36,920 nucleotides of DNA from Spirochaetales bacterium (lineage in GTDB: Bacteria; Spirochaetota; Spirochaetia; JAFGDJ01), in contig JAFGDJ010000069.1 of assembly GCA_016932135.1 (NCBI GenBank), positions 1 through 36,920 of the forward strand, in the 5' to 3' direction. The translations under genes were made by a program, and so were the position numbers. The notes under the pieces are model-generated. The model was not told the DNA's origin and made no database searches. It saw only the letters and a list, made by a program, of their open reading frames with translations. Every line of letters begins with the position of its first letter. The first letter of the stretch is position 1. Positions 1-8,880 of the stretch are shown piece after piece.

Positions 1-13
1 GCTCGTTACCGCC

Positions 14-538
14 GTGGCCCGGGGCAGAATTCGGCAGGCTTTCACCTCCTTGAGGCTATCCCAAGGAACGGCCGATCTGAAAACCGTCAAGGGCATCCTC
101 AGGGCACACCCTCACCTGGATGGAAGGATAAAAAAACACATGGGTTCGGTGTGTATGCACGCGAAGGGGATCGCTTCCTCGGAAACCACGGCGAGTATGA
201 TTGTCGTATATGCAGGCGGCGGTTTTACCGTCTGGGTTACCGGGTCGCCCTACCCCTGCGTGTCCCTGTACAAGCCCCTGACAACGGAGAACTTTGAAGA
301 ACCCCGGTTTACCGACCCTTCTCACATCTTGCGTTATGCCGAAGAAGCGGCGATCTTCAACCGCCGGCTCCTCCGCCGGCCGGTGAAGGTCCGGGAAGAA
401 CTCCTCAGGCTGGCGGAGGGCTACGAAGAGGATTTCGAAGAGGCCCTTCGGGGGACGGAGGATCGGAAAAAGACCTGTGCCGAAGCCTGGGCTCGGGAAA
501 AAGCCTTCCGCCGGGAAGCGGAGACCCTCCTGAAATGA
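14..538 (+). CDS. hypothetical protein. The frame is open back to position 2, so the 5' end may lie outside the window
   Basis: 174-aa ORF with GC-rich codon usage consistent with its neighbours. Its stop overlaps the next start (ATGA at 535-538). I recognise no confident family; the acidic, helical C-terminal part looks vaguely like a nucleotidyltransferase partner domain. Confidence 0.45.
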   Translation: MARGRIRQAFTSLRLSQGTADLKTVKGILRAHPHLDGRIKKHMGSVCMHAKGIASSETTASMIVVYAGGGFTVWVTGSPYPCVSLYKPLTTENFEEPRFTDPSHILRYAEEAAIFNRRLLRRPVKVREELLRLAEGYEEDFEEALRGTEDRKKTCAEAWAREKAFRREAETLLK

Positions 539-996
539 TTGAGTATTCCCTTCTTCAGCCGCCTCAGGCCTCTCAAGCCTACGATCTTATCCGCCGGGTG
601 TACGACGAGTTCGTGGCTCCCGACTATCCGCCGGAAGGAAACGAACACTTCTACACCTTCATTCAGCCGGAGGTTCTCATCCGCCGGTTTTCGGCTCCCG
701 GTCATTTTCTCATCACCGCGGACGAGGGAAACCGGTTAGTCGGCGTTATAGCCGTCCGGGACAACAATCACATCGCCCTGCTGTTCGTGGATAGGGAGTA
801 CCAGAGCCGGGGGATCGCCCGAAAGCTCCTGGCCGAAGCGGAGGAAAGAATCGCCGCCGAAACAGGAAAAAGGCAAGCCACGGTCTTCTCGTCACCCTAT
901 GCCGTTCCTATCTATCAAAAGCTCGGCTTTCAGAACGAAGGGCCGAAGCAGACAAAAGACGGCATCACCTTTCAACCCATGAAACACCTTTTTTAA
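535..996 (+). CDS. GNAT family N-acetyltransferase
   Basis: 153 aa. It carries the acetyl-CoA binding motif QSRGIARKLL (Q/R-x-x-G-x-G/A) and the typical GNAT beta-strand pattern (HIALLFVDREYQ). There is a 4-bp overlap with the upstream ORF. Confidence 0.8.
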   Translation: MIEYSLLQPPQASQAYDLIRRVYDEFVAPDYPPEGNEHFYTFIQPEVLIRRFSAPGHFLITADEGNRLVGVIAVRDNNHIALLFVDREYQSRGIARKLLAEAEERIAAETGKRQATVFSSPYAVPIYQKLGFQNEGPKQTKDGITFQPMKHLF

Positions 997-1064
997 ATCC
1001 CCACCGCAACCCTTTTCACTTTTTTGTGTCTTGCCTGATATACCCGAAAAAAGAGGTTCCCGTA

Positions 1065-2216
1065 ATGTATCTGGAAGACTATAAAAACCTGGAAAATCGA
1101 CTGCCGAAGGAAGGGGAACAACCCGTCTATTACGAGGGCATGAAGATTACCCGCCACCTGTTTCAATCCCCCCGGGCGGAGCTGCTGCCGGACCTTCCCT
1201 CGGATCCCCTGGAAGCCCTGCCGGACAAAGATATCTTCGAGAACCAGTGTTTTCCCTTCTTTGTGTTCCACCCCGCCGATAAGACGCGTCACGATGGAGC
1301 GATAATCCTGCTTCACGGTCTGAATGAGAAATCCTGGAACAAGTATCTTCCCTGGGCGGCTGAATTAAGCCGGAACACGGGGAAAAAAATCCTCCTTTTT
1401 CCCCTGTCCTTTCATATGGACCGGGCGCCGGCGGGTTGGAGCAGTCCCAGAACCATGTTGATCCTTTCTAAACTGCGGAAGGAACGCTTCGGCGCGGGAG
1501 AATCCTCCTTTATCAACGCCGCGTTAAGCTCCCGGCTGCACGCCGCACCCCAGCGCTTTTTCTCTTCGGGGCTGGAAGCCTTTGCCGACGTAACCGCCCT
1601 GCTCAGGATGATCCGCCGCGGTGGGGTCGACGGCGTGGGGACGGAAGGCAGGATCGATTTCTTCGGTTATTCCATCGGCGCCTTTCTCACCCAGATCCTG
1701 ATGCTGGCCAACCCGGAAGGGCTTCTTTCCGACTCCCGGGCTGTTCTGTTCTGCGGGGGAGCCACCCTGGACCGGATGAACCCGGTATCAAAATATATTC
1801 TCGACAGCGCCGCCGCCGCCGCTCTCCGGACACACCTGGCCCGGAAGGGTGATCCTTTAAACGAACAACCTTTCGGCGACGTCAGGATCGGCGAGTCCTA
1901 CGAGCCGGCGGCCCGGGTTTTTCAAAGCATGGCTCAGGACGCCCCCGGGAGGGAAGATAGAGAGAAACTCCTACAGAAAGTAACCGGTCGCCTCTTCGCT
2001 ATACTATTAAAACAGGACAGGGTCATGCCGGCAGAGGCGGTCAAAAAAACCCTGGTCTGCCGAAATAACCCTTTAAAAAAGTTTCTACGGGTTCTGGACT
2101 TTCCCTTCCCTCACGATCATGTTACCCCCTTTCCCCAGCTTACCGTCGGGCAGGATAAGGTGGACAGGGCTTTCAAGCACGTTTTTACCCTGGCGGCGGA
2201 GGGGCTGGGCGGGTAA
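1065..2216 (+). CDS. alpha/beta-hydrolase fold protein
   Basis: It has a GxSxG nucleophile elbow (GYSIG) and an upstream HGLNE oxyanion-type block. I chose the ATG at 1065 because it is preceded by AAGAGG with an 8-nt spacer; the six-frame track starts at a GTG at 1026. The 3' end overlaps glgP by 32 bp in convergent orientation. Confidence 0.7.
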   Translation: MYLEDYKNLENRLPKEGEQPVYYEGMKITRHLFQSPRAELLPDLPSDPLEALPDKDIFENQCFPFFVFHPADKTRHDGAIILLHGLNEKSWNKYLPWAAELSRNTGKKILLFPLSFHMDRAPAGWSSPRTMLILSKLRKERFGAGESSFINAALSSRLHAAPQRFFSSGLEAFADVTALLRMIRRGGVDGVGTEGRIDFFGYSIGAFLTQILMLANPEGLLSDSRAVLFCGGATLDRMNPVSKYILDSAAAAALRTHLARKGDPLNEQPFGDVRIGESYEPAARVFQSMAQDAPGREDREKLLQKVTGRLFAILLKQDRVMPAEAVKKTLVCRNNPLKKFLRVLDFPFPHDHVTPFPQLTVGQDKVDRAFKHVFTLAAEGLGG

Positions 2217-4692
2217 TCTTCACCGGTTTGACCTTCCAGATCTCCGAAGCGTATTCACCGATGGTCCGGTCGCTGGAGAACTTCCCCATGGCAGCCACAT
2301 TGAGGATCGACTTTCTTGTCCAGGCTTCCTGGTCCCGGTAGAGGGTTGCCGCGGCATCCTGGGTGTCTACATAGGAACGAAAATCCGCCAGGAGCCTGTA
2401 GGGGTCACCGTGGTGGAGGAGCGAGTCGGTCAGCCGGCGGAACATCCCCGGGTCTTCGGGGGAAAAGTAACCCTGGGAAATCATATCCAGCACCCATTTC
2501 AGTTCTCCGTCGCTGTGGTAGTACTGCCACGGGTCATAACCGCCGCGCCAGGTAGCTTCCACCTCTTCGGTTTTCAGACCGAAGATGAAGATATTATCCT
2601 GCCCCACCTCTTCCAGAATTTCGACATTCGCTCCGTCCAGGGTTCCGATGGTCAGTGCGCCGTTCAAGGCGAACTTCATGTTCCCGGTGCCCGAGGCCTC
2701 GGTGCCGGCGGTGGAAATCTGTTCCGACAGATCCGCGGCGGGAATGAGTTTTTCCGCCAGGGACACGTTGTAGTTGGCCAGAAACACAACCTTCAAAGCC
2801 CCCCGGGTATGGCCGTCGTTATTCACTACCTCCGCCACGGCATTGATGAGGCGGATGATCAACTTGGCGGCATAGTACCCCGGGGCGGCCTTGCCGGCAA
2901 AGATCACTGTTCTTCCGCCCCGGTCCCCGGAAGCGGGGGCGTCCTTCAATCGGTTGTACAGGGCAATGACGTGCAACACGTTGAGCAGCTGCCGCTTATA
3001 TTCGTGAATCCGTTTCACCTGGCAGTCGAAGAGGGAGTGAGGCTCCACCCGAAGGTTGTTCGACTTGAGGATGTAGGAGGCTAAACGTTCCTTGTTGGCC
3101 AGCTTCACCCGCCGCCACTGTTCCCGGAAGGCCGGGTCTTCGGCCAGGGGTATGAGTTTCTTCAGCTCGTCCAGGTCAATGATCCAGTCTTCCCCGATAT
3201 GGCGGGTGATGAGGTCCGCCAGGGCAGGGTTGCAGGATTTGAGCCACCGGCGCGGTGTAATGCCGTTCGTTTTGTTGTTAAACCGCCCGGGCCACAGCTG
3301 GTAGAAATCGCGGAAAAGATCCCGCTTGATGATATCCGAGTGTAAAGCCGACACACCGTTGACCGAATGACTCCCCACCACGGCGAGATTGGCCATCCGG
3401 ACCGTCTTGCCCCCCTCTTCGCCGATGAGGGACATCCGCCGTAAGCGCTCCGTGTCCCCGGGGTACAGTTTCTCCACCTCTTGGAGGAAATTGTAATTGA
3501 TGTCGTAAATGATCTGCAGGTGCCGAGGCAGAACCCGGCCGAAGAGATCCACCGGCCAGGTTTCCAGGGCTTCCGGCAGAACCGTGTGATTGGTATAGGC
3601 AAAGGTTTTCACGGTGACATCCCAGGCGGTATCCCAGGCGAGCCCCTCTTCGTCCACCAGTATCCGCATCAGCTCGGGGATAGCTACCGCCGGATGGGTA
3701 TCGTTGAGCTGCACCGCCACCTTGTCCGGCAGGGTGGTATACTTTTTCCCGCCCACCTTCTTAAAACGACGGATAATATCCCGCATGGTGGCGGCGACGA
3801 AGAAATATTCCTGTTTCAGCCGGAGCTCCCGGCCTTCGAAAACATTATCGTTGGGGTACAGCACCTTGGAGATGGTTTCGGTGGCCACCTTGTCCCCCAC
3901 GGCCCGTTCGTAGTCCCCGTGGTTAAAGTACCCCAGTTCAAAATCCCTGGTAGCCTTGGCAGACCAGAGACGGAGGTTGTTCACCGTGTCGTTCCGGTAC
4001 CCCGGGATAGGGGTATCATAGGCCATGGCCATGACATCCTGAGTGTCTACCCATTCCACTCCTCCGGTACCGTCGTCCTTGTTCTGAAGGCGACCGTAAA
4101 AATGAACGGGATACAGATACTCCGGCCGGGGGATCTCCCAGGGATTGCCGTAGCGGAGCCAGGGGTCCGGGGTCTCCACCTGGGCGCCGTCCCGGATATG
4201 CTGAAAGAAGATACCGTACTCGTAGCGGATGCCGTACCCGTAGGCCGGCAGAGCCATGGTGGCCATGGAATCGAGAAAGCAGGCGGCCAGACGGCCGAGA
4301 CCGCCGTTCCCCAATCCGGCGTCGTATTCCTGCTCCACCAGGTCTTCCAGATGCAGTCCCAGGTCATCCAATGCCTTTTCGGTTTCTTCCCGCAGTCCCA
4401 GATTGATCATGCTGTTATCCAGGGCTCGGCCCATGAGAAACTCCAGGGACAGGTAATACACCCGTTTACAGGGTTTCTTGTAATAGGTCTGCTGGGTATC
4501 GATCCAGCGCTCGAACAGCCGGTCCCGCACCGTGAGAGCCAGGCTGTTAAAATAATCCAGCCGCGTCGCACTGTATTCATCCTTGGCCTGGGAATATTCC
4601 AGATGATTTACCAGGGAATTCTTCAAAGCCTCAGCGTCCATCCCCTTGTAGGGATTGTTGGACGGAGTCAAGGTTTTCTTTTCCGCCATCAT
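2185..4692 (-). CDS. glgP: glycogen/alpha-glucan phosphorylase (GT35)
   Basis: A protein of about 835 aa with the diagnostic pyridoxal-phosphate motif [28 protein letters not shown] and full-length GT35 similarity. I chose the ATG at 4692 (MMAEKK) because it is preceded by GGCAGGAGG plus a 5-nt spacer; the track ORF begins at TTG 4716. Confidence 0.95.
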   Translation of the reverse strand: MMAEKKTLTPSNNPYKGMDAEALKNSLVNHLEYSQAKDEYSATRLDYFNSLALTVRDRLFERWIDTQQTYYKKPCKRVYYLSLEFLMGRALDNSMINLGLREETEKALDDLGLHLEDLVEQEYDAGLGNGGLGRLAACFLDSMATMALPAYGYGIRYEYGIFFQHIRDGAQVETPDPWLRYGNPWEIPRPEYLYPVHFYGRLQNKDDGTGGVEWVDTQDVMAMAYDTPIPGYRNDTVNNLRLWSAKATRDFELGYFNHGDYERAVGDKVATETISKVLYPNDNVFEGRELRLKQEYFFVAATMRDIIRRFKKVGGKKYTTLPDKVAVQLNDTHPAVAIPELMRILVDEEGLAWDTAWDVTVKTFAYTNHTVLPEALETWPVDLFGRVLPRHLQIIYDINYNFLQEVEKLYPGDTERLRRMSLIGEEGGKTVRMANLAVVGSHSVNGVSALHSDIIKRDLFRDFYQLWPGRFNNKTNGITPRRWLKSCNPALADLITRHIGEDWIIDLDELKKLIPLAEDPAFREQWRRVKLANKERLASYILKSNNLRVEPHSLFDCQVKRIHEYKRQLLNVLHVIALYNRLKDAPASGDRGGRTVIFAGKAAPGYYAAKLIIRLINAVAEVVNNDGHTRGALKVVFLANYNVSLAEKLIPAADLSEQISTAGTEASGTGNMKFALNGALTIGTLDGANVEILEEVGQDNIFIFGLKTEEVEATWRGGYDPWQYYHSDGELKWVLDMISQGYFSPEDPGMFRRLTDSLLHHGDPYRLLADFRSYVDTQDAAATLYRDQEAWTRKSILNVAAMGKFSSDRTIGEYASEIWKVKPVKITRPAPPPPG

Positions 4693-4837
4693 GACGGCCT
4701 CCTGCCCGTGAGACAATCATAATACTTGTAGTGGAGGAAATCCAGAACATTTAGAAGCAGATATATCCAGCCGCCAATACGGTTTGTTTTAAGGAAATGC
4801 CTAAAAACGTGGTATATTAACCTCTATCAGGAGGTGC

Positions 4838-5356
4838 ATGATGAAAAAGATGAAAGTCCTCGTATGTGTCGTTCTTCTGGGGATTCTAGTCATCGGGTTC
4901 CTTCCGGCGGCCGAAGAAAAGGCTGAAGAACCGAAAAAACCCCTGCTTCCATTTATTCTCAACACCGCCCCGGGGTTTGGTCTCGGAAGCTTTATTATGA
5001 AGGACTCCCTGGGCGGCTTTATCGGCCTGGGAGGCGAACTTCTGGGGGTTGGGCTGGTAGGCGGCGGTTTTGTTTATATTATTACACAGGGGATAGGTGC
5101 TGCCCTGGGAGAAATTTTTACCCTTGGACTGGCGGACACGGAAGTCGACTCAGGTCCGGCAGAAGCGCTGATTCTATCGGGCCTTCTGGTCTGGACGGGG
5201 ACAAAGATCTTTGAGATGATCCGCCCCTTCGTTTTCGCGGCAAAATACAACCAGGAAGCCGGCTTTGCGAAAATTGAACCAGAGGTGTCCTTCCGATTGG
5301 TAGCGGATGAAGACAGCTACAAGGCCGCTCCGGTCCTGGCAGTGCATCTCCGATAG
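4838..5356 (+). CDS. secreted/membrane Gly-rich hypothetical protein
   Basis: It has an N-terminal signal peptide (MMKKMKVLVCVVLLGILVIGF) and Gly-rich hydrophobic repeats (GGFIGLGGELLGVGLVGGGF). A strong SD (AGGAGG) and -10-like TATATT lie upstream. Confidence 0.6.
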   Translation: MMKKMKVLVCVVLLGILVIGFLPAAEEKAEEPKKPLLPFILNTAPGFGLGSFIMKDSLGGFIGLGGELLGVGLVGGGFVYIITQGIGAALGEIFTLGLADTEVDSGPAEALILSGLLVWTGTKIFEMIRPFVFAAKYNQEAGFAKIEPEVSFRLVADEDSYKAAPVLAVHLR

Positions 5357-5454
5357 GTATTTTTAATAAGAGCCCCATCGCGATACCTTCTCCTGCCGCC
5401 GGGAAAGACTTGTATTCATCCCTTTCTTCTTCTTTATTAATAGCCTGCCGGCTC

Positions 5455-5481
5455 TTGACAGGGGGCCCGGGGCGTAATAAA
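5455..5481 (+). promoter_or_regulatory. candidate sigma70-like promoter for the GntR-SPFH unit
   Basis: TTGACA lies at 5455-5460 and TAATAA at 5475-5480, with a 14-15 nt spacer that is suboptimal. A dyad-symmetric element (TGTATG-N12-CATACA, 5485-5508, including GTACTAATAC) lies between the -10 and the start codon and resembles a GntR-family operator (GT-Nx-AC). Confidence 0.35.
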
Positions 5482-5520
5482 CTTTGTATGTACTAATACT
5501 CTCATACATTGGGGTTGCCC

Positions 5521-5973
5521 ATGGACATGGAAAAAGAAAAAACCCTGGCCTTTACCCTGGACCCTAAAAGCGGGGTTCCGTACTACAAGCAGATTATTCT
5601 GCAGATCGAAATGGCCATCTCCGACGGCAGGCTGGTAAGCGGTGACCAGCTGCCCACCGTCCGGGGCCTGGCGGTGGATCTGCGGATCAACCCTAACACC
5701 GTCGCCAGAGCGTACAACGAGCTGGAGATCCGCGGTGTGGTGAATACGCAGCAGGGTACGGGAACCTTCATCAGCGACAAGACCATCAGCATGACCGAGG
5801 TGGAAAGGGAACGGATCCTCGCCGGTTTAGCCAGGGAGTTTATAGCCAAGGCTCAGTCTTACGGGTTCTCAAAGGATGACGTGTTGTCTTTCCTCGTGGA
5901 GGAGGATCCGGTGAAAAGGAATAACCAGGAGGTGTCGGATGGAGATAAAAAAAGCACAGTTTTCACGCATTAA
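5521..5973 (+). CDS. GntR-family transcriptional regulator (short YtrA-like type)
   Basis: It has an N-terminal winged-HTH with a GntR signature (PYYKQIILQIEMAISDGRLVSGDQLPTVRGLAVDLRINPNTVARAYNELEIRGVVNTQQGTGTFI) and a short C-terminal domain typical of the YtrA subfamily. The start is uncertain: the track uses TTG at 5509, and ATG candidates lie at 5521 and 5527. Confidence 0.85.
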   Translation: MDMEKEKTLAFTLDPKSGVPYYKQIILQIEMAISDGRLVSGDQLPTVRGLAVDLRINPNTVARAYNELEIRGVVNTQQGTGTFISDKTISMTEVERERILAGLAREFIAKAQSYGFSKDDVLSFLVEEDPVKRNNQEVSDGDKKSTVFTH

Positions 5974-7054
5974 GAATATCCAGATTGAACGCATGGAGAA
6001 AGACTTCACCTTCAACGCCTTTTCCTTTCTTATCCTCGGCATTATCGTCACTTCAGGGGTGCTCTGCCAGTTCATGTTTTCTACGGACCCCGATAAGAAT
6101 CTGATTCTGTATGTCTGTGTCGGCATCCTCCTCGGCGGAGGCTTGCTGACGGTGGTACCGAAATGGATTTCCGTTCTTCAGCTGATCGCCCTGGGGTGGA
6201 TCGCCATGTTTGCCTGGCTGGGCGGCATGTACTGGATCCTCCTGGTTTCCGTTACCCTGGGGCTTTTTATTGCCCCTTCCTGCGAATTGATCTATCAGTG
6301 GGACAAGGTAGTAGTGCTTCGATTGGGTAAATTCAAGAAAGTTCACGGTCCAGGCTTGTTTTTTCTGCTCCCCCTGGTAGACCGGATAGCCGCCTTTGTG
6401 GACACCAGGATTCGGGTCACCGATTTCAGCGCGGAAAAAACCATTACCCGGGATACTGTACCGGTCCATGTGGACGCCCTGGCCTTCTGGATGATCTGGA
6501 ACGCCAAGCAGGCGGTGCTGGAGGTGGAAAACTTCATGGAAGCCGTGACCCTCTCGGCCCAGACCGCTTTGAGGGATTCCATCGGGAAACACGATCTGGC
6601 GGAGCTTCTGTCGGAACGGGATAAACTCTGCGCCGAGATTCAAACGGCCCTGGACGCCAAGACCAATCCCTGGGGCATCTCCATTCTGTCGATAGAGTTC
6701 ACCGACATCATTATCCCCCAGGGGTTGGAAGACGCCATGAGCAAACGAGCCCAGGCCGAGCGGGAAAAACAATCCCGGGTTATCCTGGGAACAGCGGAGG
6801 TGGAAATTGCGGAAAAATTCGCCGAGGCTTCCAAGCAGTACATCGACAACCCCACGGCCCTGCACCTCCGGGCGATGAATATGGTCTATGAGGGAATCCG
6901 GCAGCGGGGCTCCATGGTGCTTCTGCCCTCTTCCGCCCTGGACAGTATGAATCTTGGAACCACCCTGGGAGCCCTGGCCCTGGAAAAAACGAATTCCCCT
7001 GAGAAGAAAGAGCCCGAAGCCGACACTTCTCCTGAAAAGGAACCGGATATTTAG
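5939..7054 (+). CDS. SPFH/band-7 (stomatin/prohibitin-like) membrane protein
   Basis: Four N-terminal TM helices are followed by an SPFH core (VVVLRLGKF...VDALAFW...ILSIEFTDIIIP) and a coiled-coil. A perfect SD (AGGAGG, 6-nt spacer) sits before ATG 5939. The gene overlaps the GntR gene by 35 bp. Confidence 0.85.
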   Translation: MEIKKAQFSRIKNIQIERMEKDFTFNAFSFLILGIIVTSGVLCQFMFSTDPDKNLILYVCVGILLGGGLLTVVPKWISVLQLIALGWIAMFAWLGGMYWILLVSVTLGLFIAPSCELIYQWDKVVVLRLGKFKKVHGPGLFFLLPLVDRIAAFVDTRIRVTDFSAEKTITRDTVPVHVDALAFWMIWNAKQAVLEVENFMEAVTLSAQTALRDSIGKHDLAELLSERDKLCAEIQTALDAKTNPWGISILSIEFTDIIIPQGLEDAMSKRAQAEREKQSRVILGTAEVEIAEKFAEASKQYIDNPTALHLRAMNMVYEGIRQRGSMVLLPSSALDSMNLGTTLGALALEKTNSPEKKEPEADTSPEKEPDI

Positions 7055-7138
7055 AGGCTCCGACAGGGTTTTCCTCCGCCGGGGCTTCTTGCAAAAACGA
7101 AGGTTTCCTGCCATGATGAGGCGCGGAGTTGTAATCCT

Positions 7139-8209
7139 ATGAAAACAGAACCTGTAATCATCCTTTACGGTGGCAGAACCGGAGAACACGAAGTATCCCT
7201 GGCGTCCGCCACGGCGGTATTGAAGAACCTGGATCTAAACCGCTGGAACCCCCGGGGCATCGGTATCGATCACGACGGCACCTGGTATCTGCAGAAAGAC
7301 GAGGACCTCTTTCCGAGGAAGGGGAACCTCTCGGTACGGCGGGACCCTCAAGCGGTGGTTTCCATATTACCTGGCCGGGGTATGACGGTGCAGGAAAAAG
7401 TCCTGGAATGCGCCTGCGTTTTTCCGGTTCTTCACGGCACCTACGGAGAAGACGGAACCGTGCAGGGACTCCTGGAAATCGCCGGACTGCCCTATGCCGG
7501 TTCGGATGTGCTGGGCAGTGCCCTGGGGATGGACAAGGAAATGACCAAACGATTATGGCTCCAGGCCGGTCTGCCGGTGGTCCCCTACCTGGCTTTCCAG
7601 AAGGATGACTACTCGCAGGAAAAAGCGGAAAAAGCCTTCGGATTTCCGGTCTTCGTCAAGCCGGTGCGTATGGGATCGTCGGTGGGGGTAAACCGGGCGG
7701 ATTCACCGGAAGAACTCCGGAAAGCCGTGGAAGAAGCCTTCCGTTACGATACGCGGATTCTCCTGGAGCCCGCCATCGACGGCCGGGAGATCGAATGTTC
7801 CGTGGTGGGGAATCGGCAGCCGGTTACCTACGGTCCCGGGGAAATTATCCCGTCCCACAGCTTTTACAGCTACGAAGCGAAATATATCGATCCCGACGGA
7901 GCGGCGTTGATGATACCGGCGGATCTGAGCGAGGAAGACCGCCGGCGGGTGCGAGACCTGGCAATGCGGGCTTTTACGACTCTCGGCGCTTCGGGGATGT
8001 CCCGAGTGGATTTTTTTTATGAAAGGAAGACCGGTAAGATCCTCTTAAACGAGATTAACACCATTCCGGGTTTTACCGGTATCAGCATGTTCCCCCTGAT
8101 GTGCGTTCACCACGGGTTATCCTTCCAGGACCTGGTGACCGAACTGATTGACCTGGGAATCCGGCGGTTTCATGAGCGGCAGCACCTTACGTTCGCCTAC
8201 AGCACATAG
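7139..8209 (+). CDS. ddl: D-alanine--D-alanine ligase
   Basis: It is ATP-grasp throughout and carries hallmark Ddl blocks (ILYGGRTGEHEVSL, VLHGTYGEDGTVQGLLEIAGLPYAGS, EINTIPGFT). Confidence 0.95.
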   Translation: MKTEPVIILYGGRTGEHEVSLASATAVLKNLDLNRWNPRGIGIDHDGTWYLQKDEDLFPRKGNLSVRRDPQAVVSILPGRGMTVQEKVLECACVFPVLHGTYGEDGTVQGLLEIAGLPYAGSDVLGSALGMDKEMTKRLWLQAGLPVVPYLAFQKDDYSQEKAEKAFGFPVFVKPVRMGSSVGVNRADSPEELRKAVEEAFRYDTRILLEPAIDGREIECSVVGNRQPVTYGPGEIIPSHSFYSYEAKYIDPDGAALMIPADLSEEDRRRVRDLAMRAFTTLGASGMSRVDFFYERKTGKILLNEINTIPGFTGISMFPLMCVHHGLSFQDLVTELIDLGIRRFHERQHLTFAYST

Positions 8210-8242
8210 AACCGTCTGACCACTCACACTGAGCCCTCACAC

Positions 8243-8263
8243 TTCTTCACCACCGGTGAAGAA
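8243..8263. terminator. 9-bp perfect hairpin (TTCTTCACC-ACC-GGTGAAGAA) between convergent ddl and the nitroreductase gene
   Basis: I read a perfect inverted repeat directly off the sequence, immediately after the nitroreductase stop. Neither side has a U-tract, so this is a structural hairpin that may act as a bidirectional terminator or mRNA stabiliser. Confidence 0.3.
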
Positions 8264-8264
8264 C

Positions 8265-8774
8265 CTACCAATGATCGAAGGAGATTACCTGATCGAAGGC
8301 CTTCTTCTCCGTGGGTAAAGGCTTTTCTTGTGAATGCCCCACCAGCAGCAGCATCACCACCTTCATGAGGTAGGGAATGGACAGGACGTCCTTCATTTCC
8401 CGTTCGTCAAAGGTGGTAACCACACAGGAGCCGAGTCCTTCAGCTTCAATCTGCAGCATCATGGAGGATACGGCGAAACTGATATCGATGGGGTAGGAAA
8501 GCTGACCGTTGGGCATGCGGTAATCCACATTGGTGGTACAGGCGGCGATAATCACCGGAGCCGTGCCGACATGGTTCTGTCCGAAAGAGGCGTTCTGTAC
8601 CCTGGATCGCAGTTCTTTTTCACGAATCACGATAAACCGCCAGGGCTGACGGTTTTTTGCCGACGGGGCGAGCCTTCCGGCTTCCAGGATCCTTTTTAAA
8701 GCCTCCAGATTTACCGGTTCATCGGAAAAATTTCTAATGCTTACGCGGTTCTTGATAAATGAAAGCAGTTCCAT
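8265..8774 (-). CDS. nitroreductase family protein (NAD(P)H-flavin oxidoreductase fold)
   Basis: It has a nitroreductase N-terminus (RVSIRNFSDEPV...LEAGRLAPSAKNRQPWRF) and a C-terminal dimerisation segment. I set the start at ATG 8774 (MELLSF...); the track ORF extends to a GTG at 8861. Confidence 0.85.
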   Translation of the reverse strand: MELLSFIKNRVSIRNFSDEPVNLEALKRILEAGRLAPSAKNRQPWRFIVIREKELRSRVQNASFGQNHVGTAPVIIAACTTNVDYRMPNGQLSYPIDISFAVSSMMLQIEAEGLGSCVVTTFDEREMKDVLSIPYLMKVVMLLLVGHSQEKPLPTEKKAFDQVISFDHW

Positions 8775-8880
8775 ACACCTTCCAACAATAGATGCCCTAT
8801 TATAACCGATGAATGGTGGTCTATCAAAGGAATTCTTTCTCATCTTGACGAAGAATACCACATAACCTATTGTTTTTATA

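Noticed and set aside
1026-1064. A GTG start extending the alpha/beta hydrolase by 13 codons
   Set aside because: The downstream ATG at 1065 has a clear AAGAGG SD at proper spacing and the upstream extension has none. The extension is retained as an alternative only.
2119-4722. Long + strand ORFs (2119-3084, 321 aa; 3481-4722, 413 aa) antisense to glgP
   Set aside because: They lie entirely inside the strongly supported glycogen phosphorylase gene on the opposite strand. The proteins are low-complexity and Gly/Pro/Arg-rich with no family signal. This is a typical high-GC antisense artefact.
6053-7189. A 378-aa minus-strand ORF antisense to the SPFH gene and the ddl start
   Set aside because: It is antisense to a gene with clear SPFH motifs and a perfect SD, and its product is low-complexity and Arg/Gly-rich. 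The same reasoning applies to 6780-7094 and 6343-6582.
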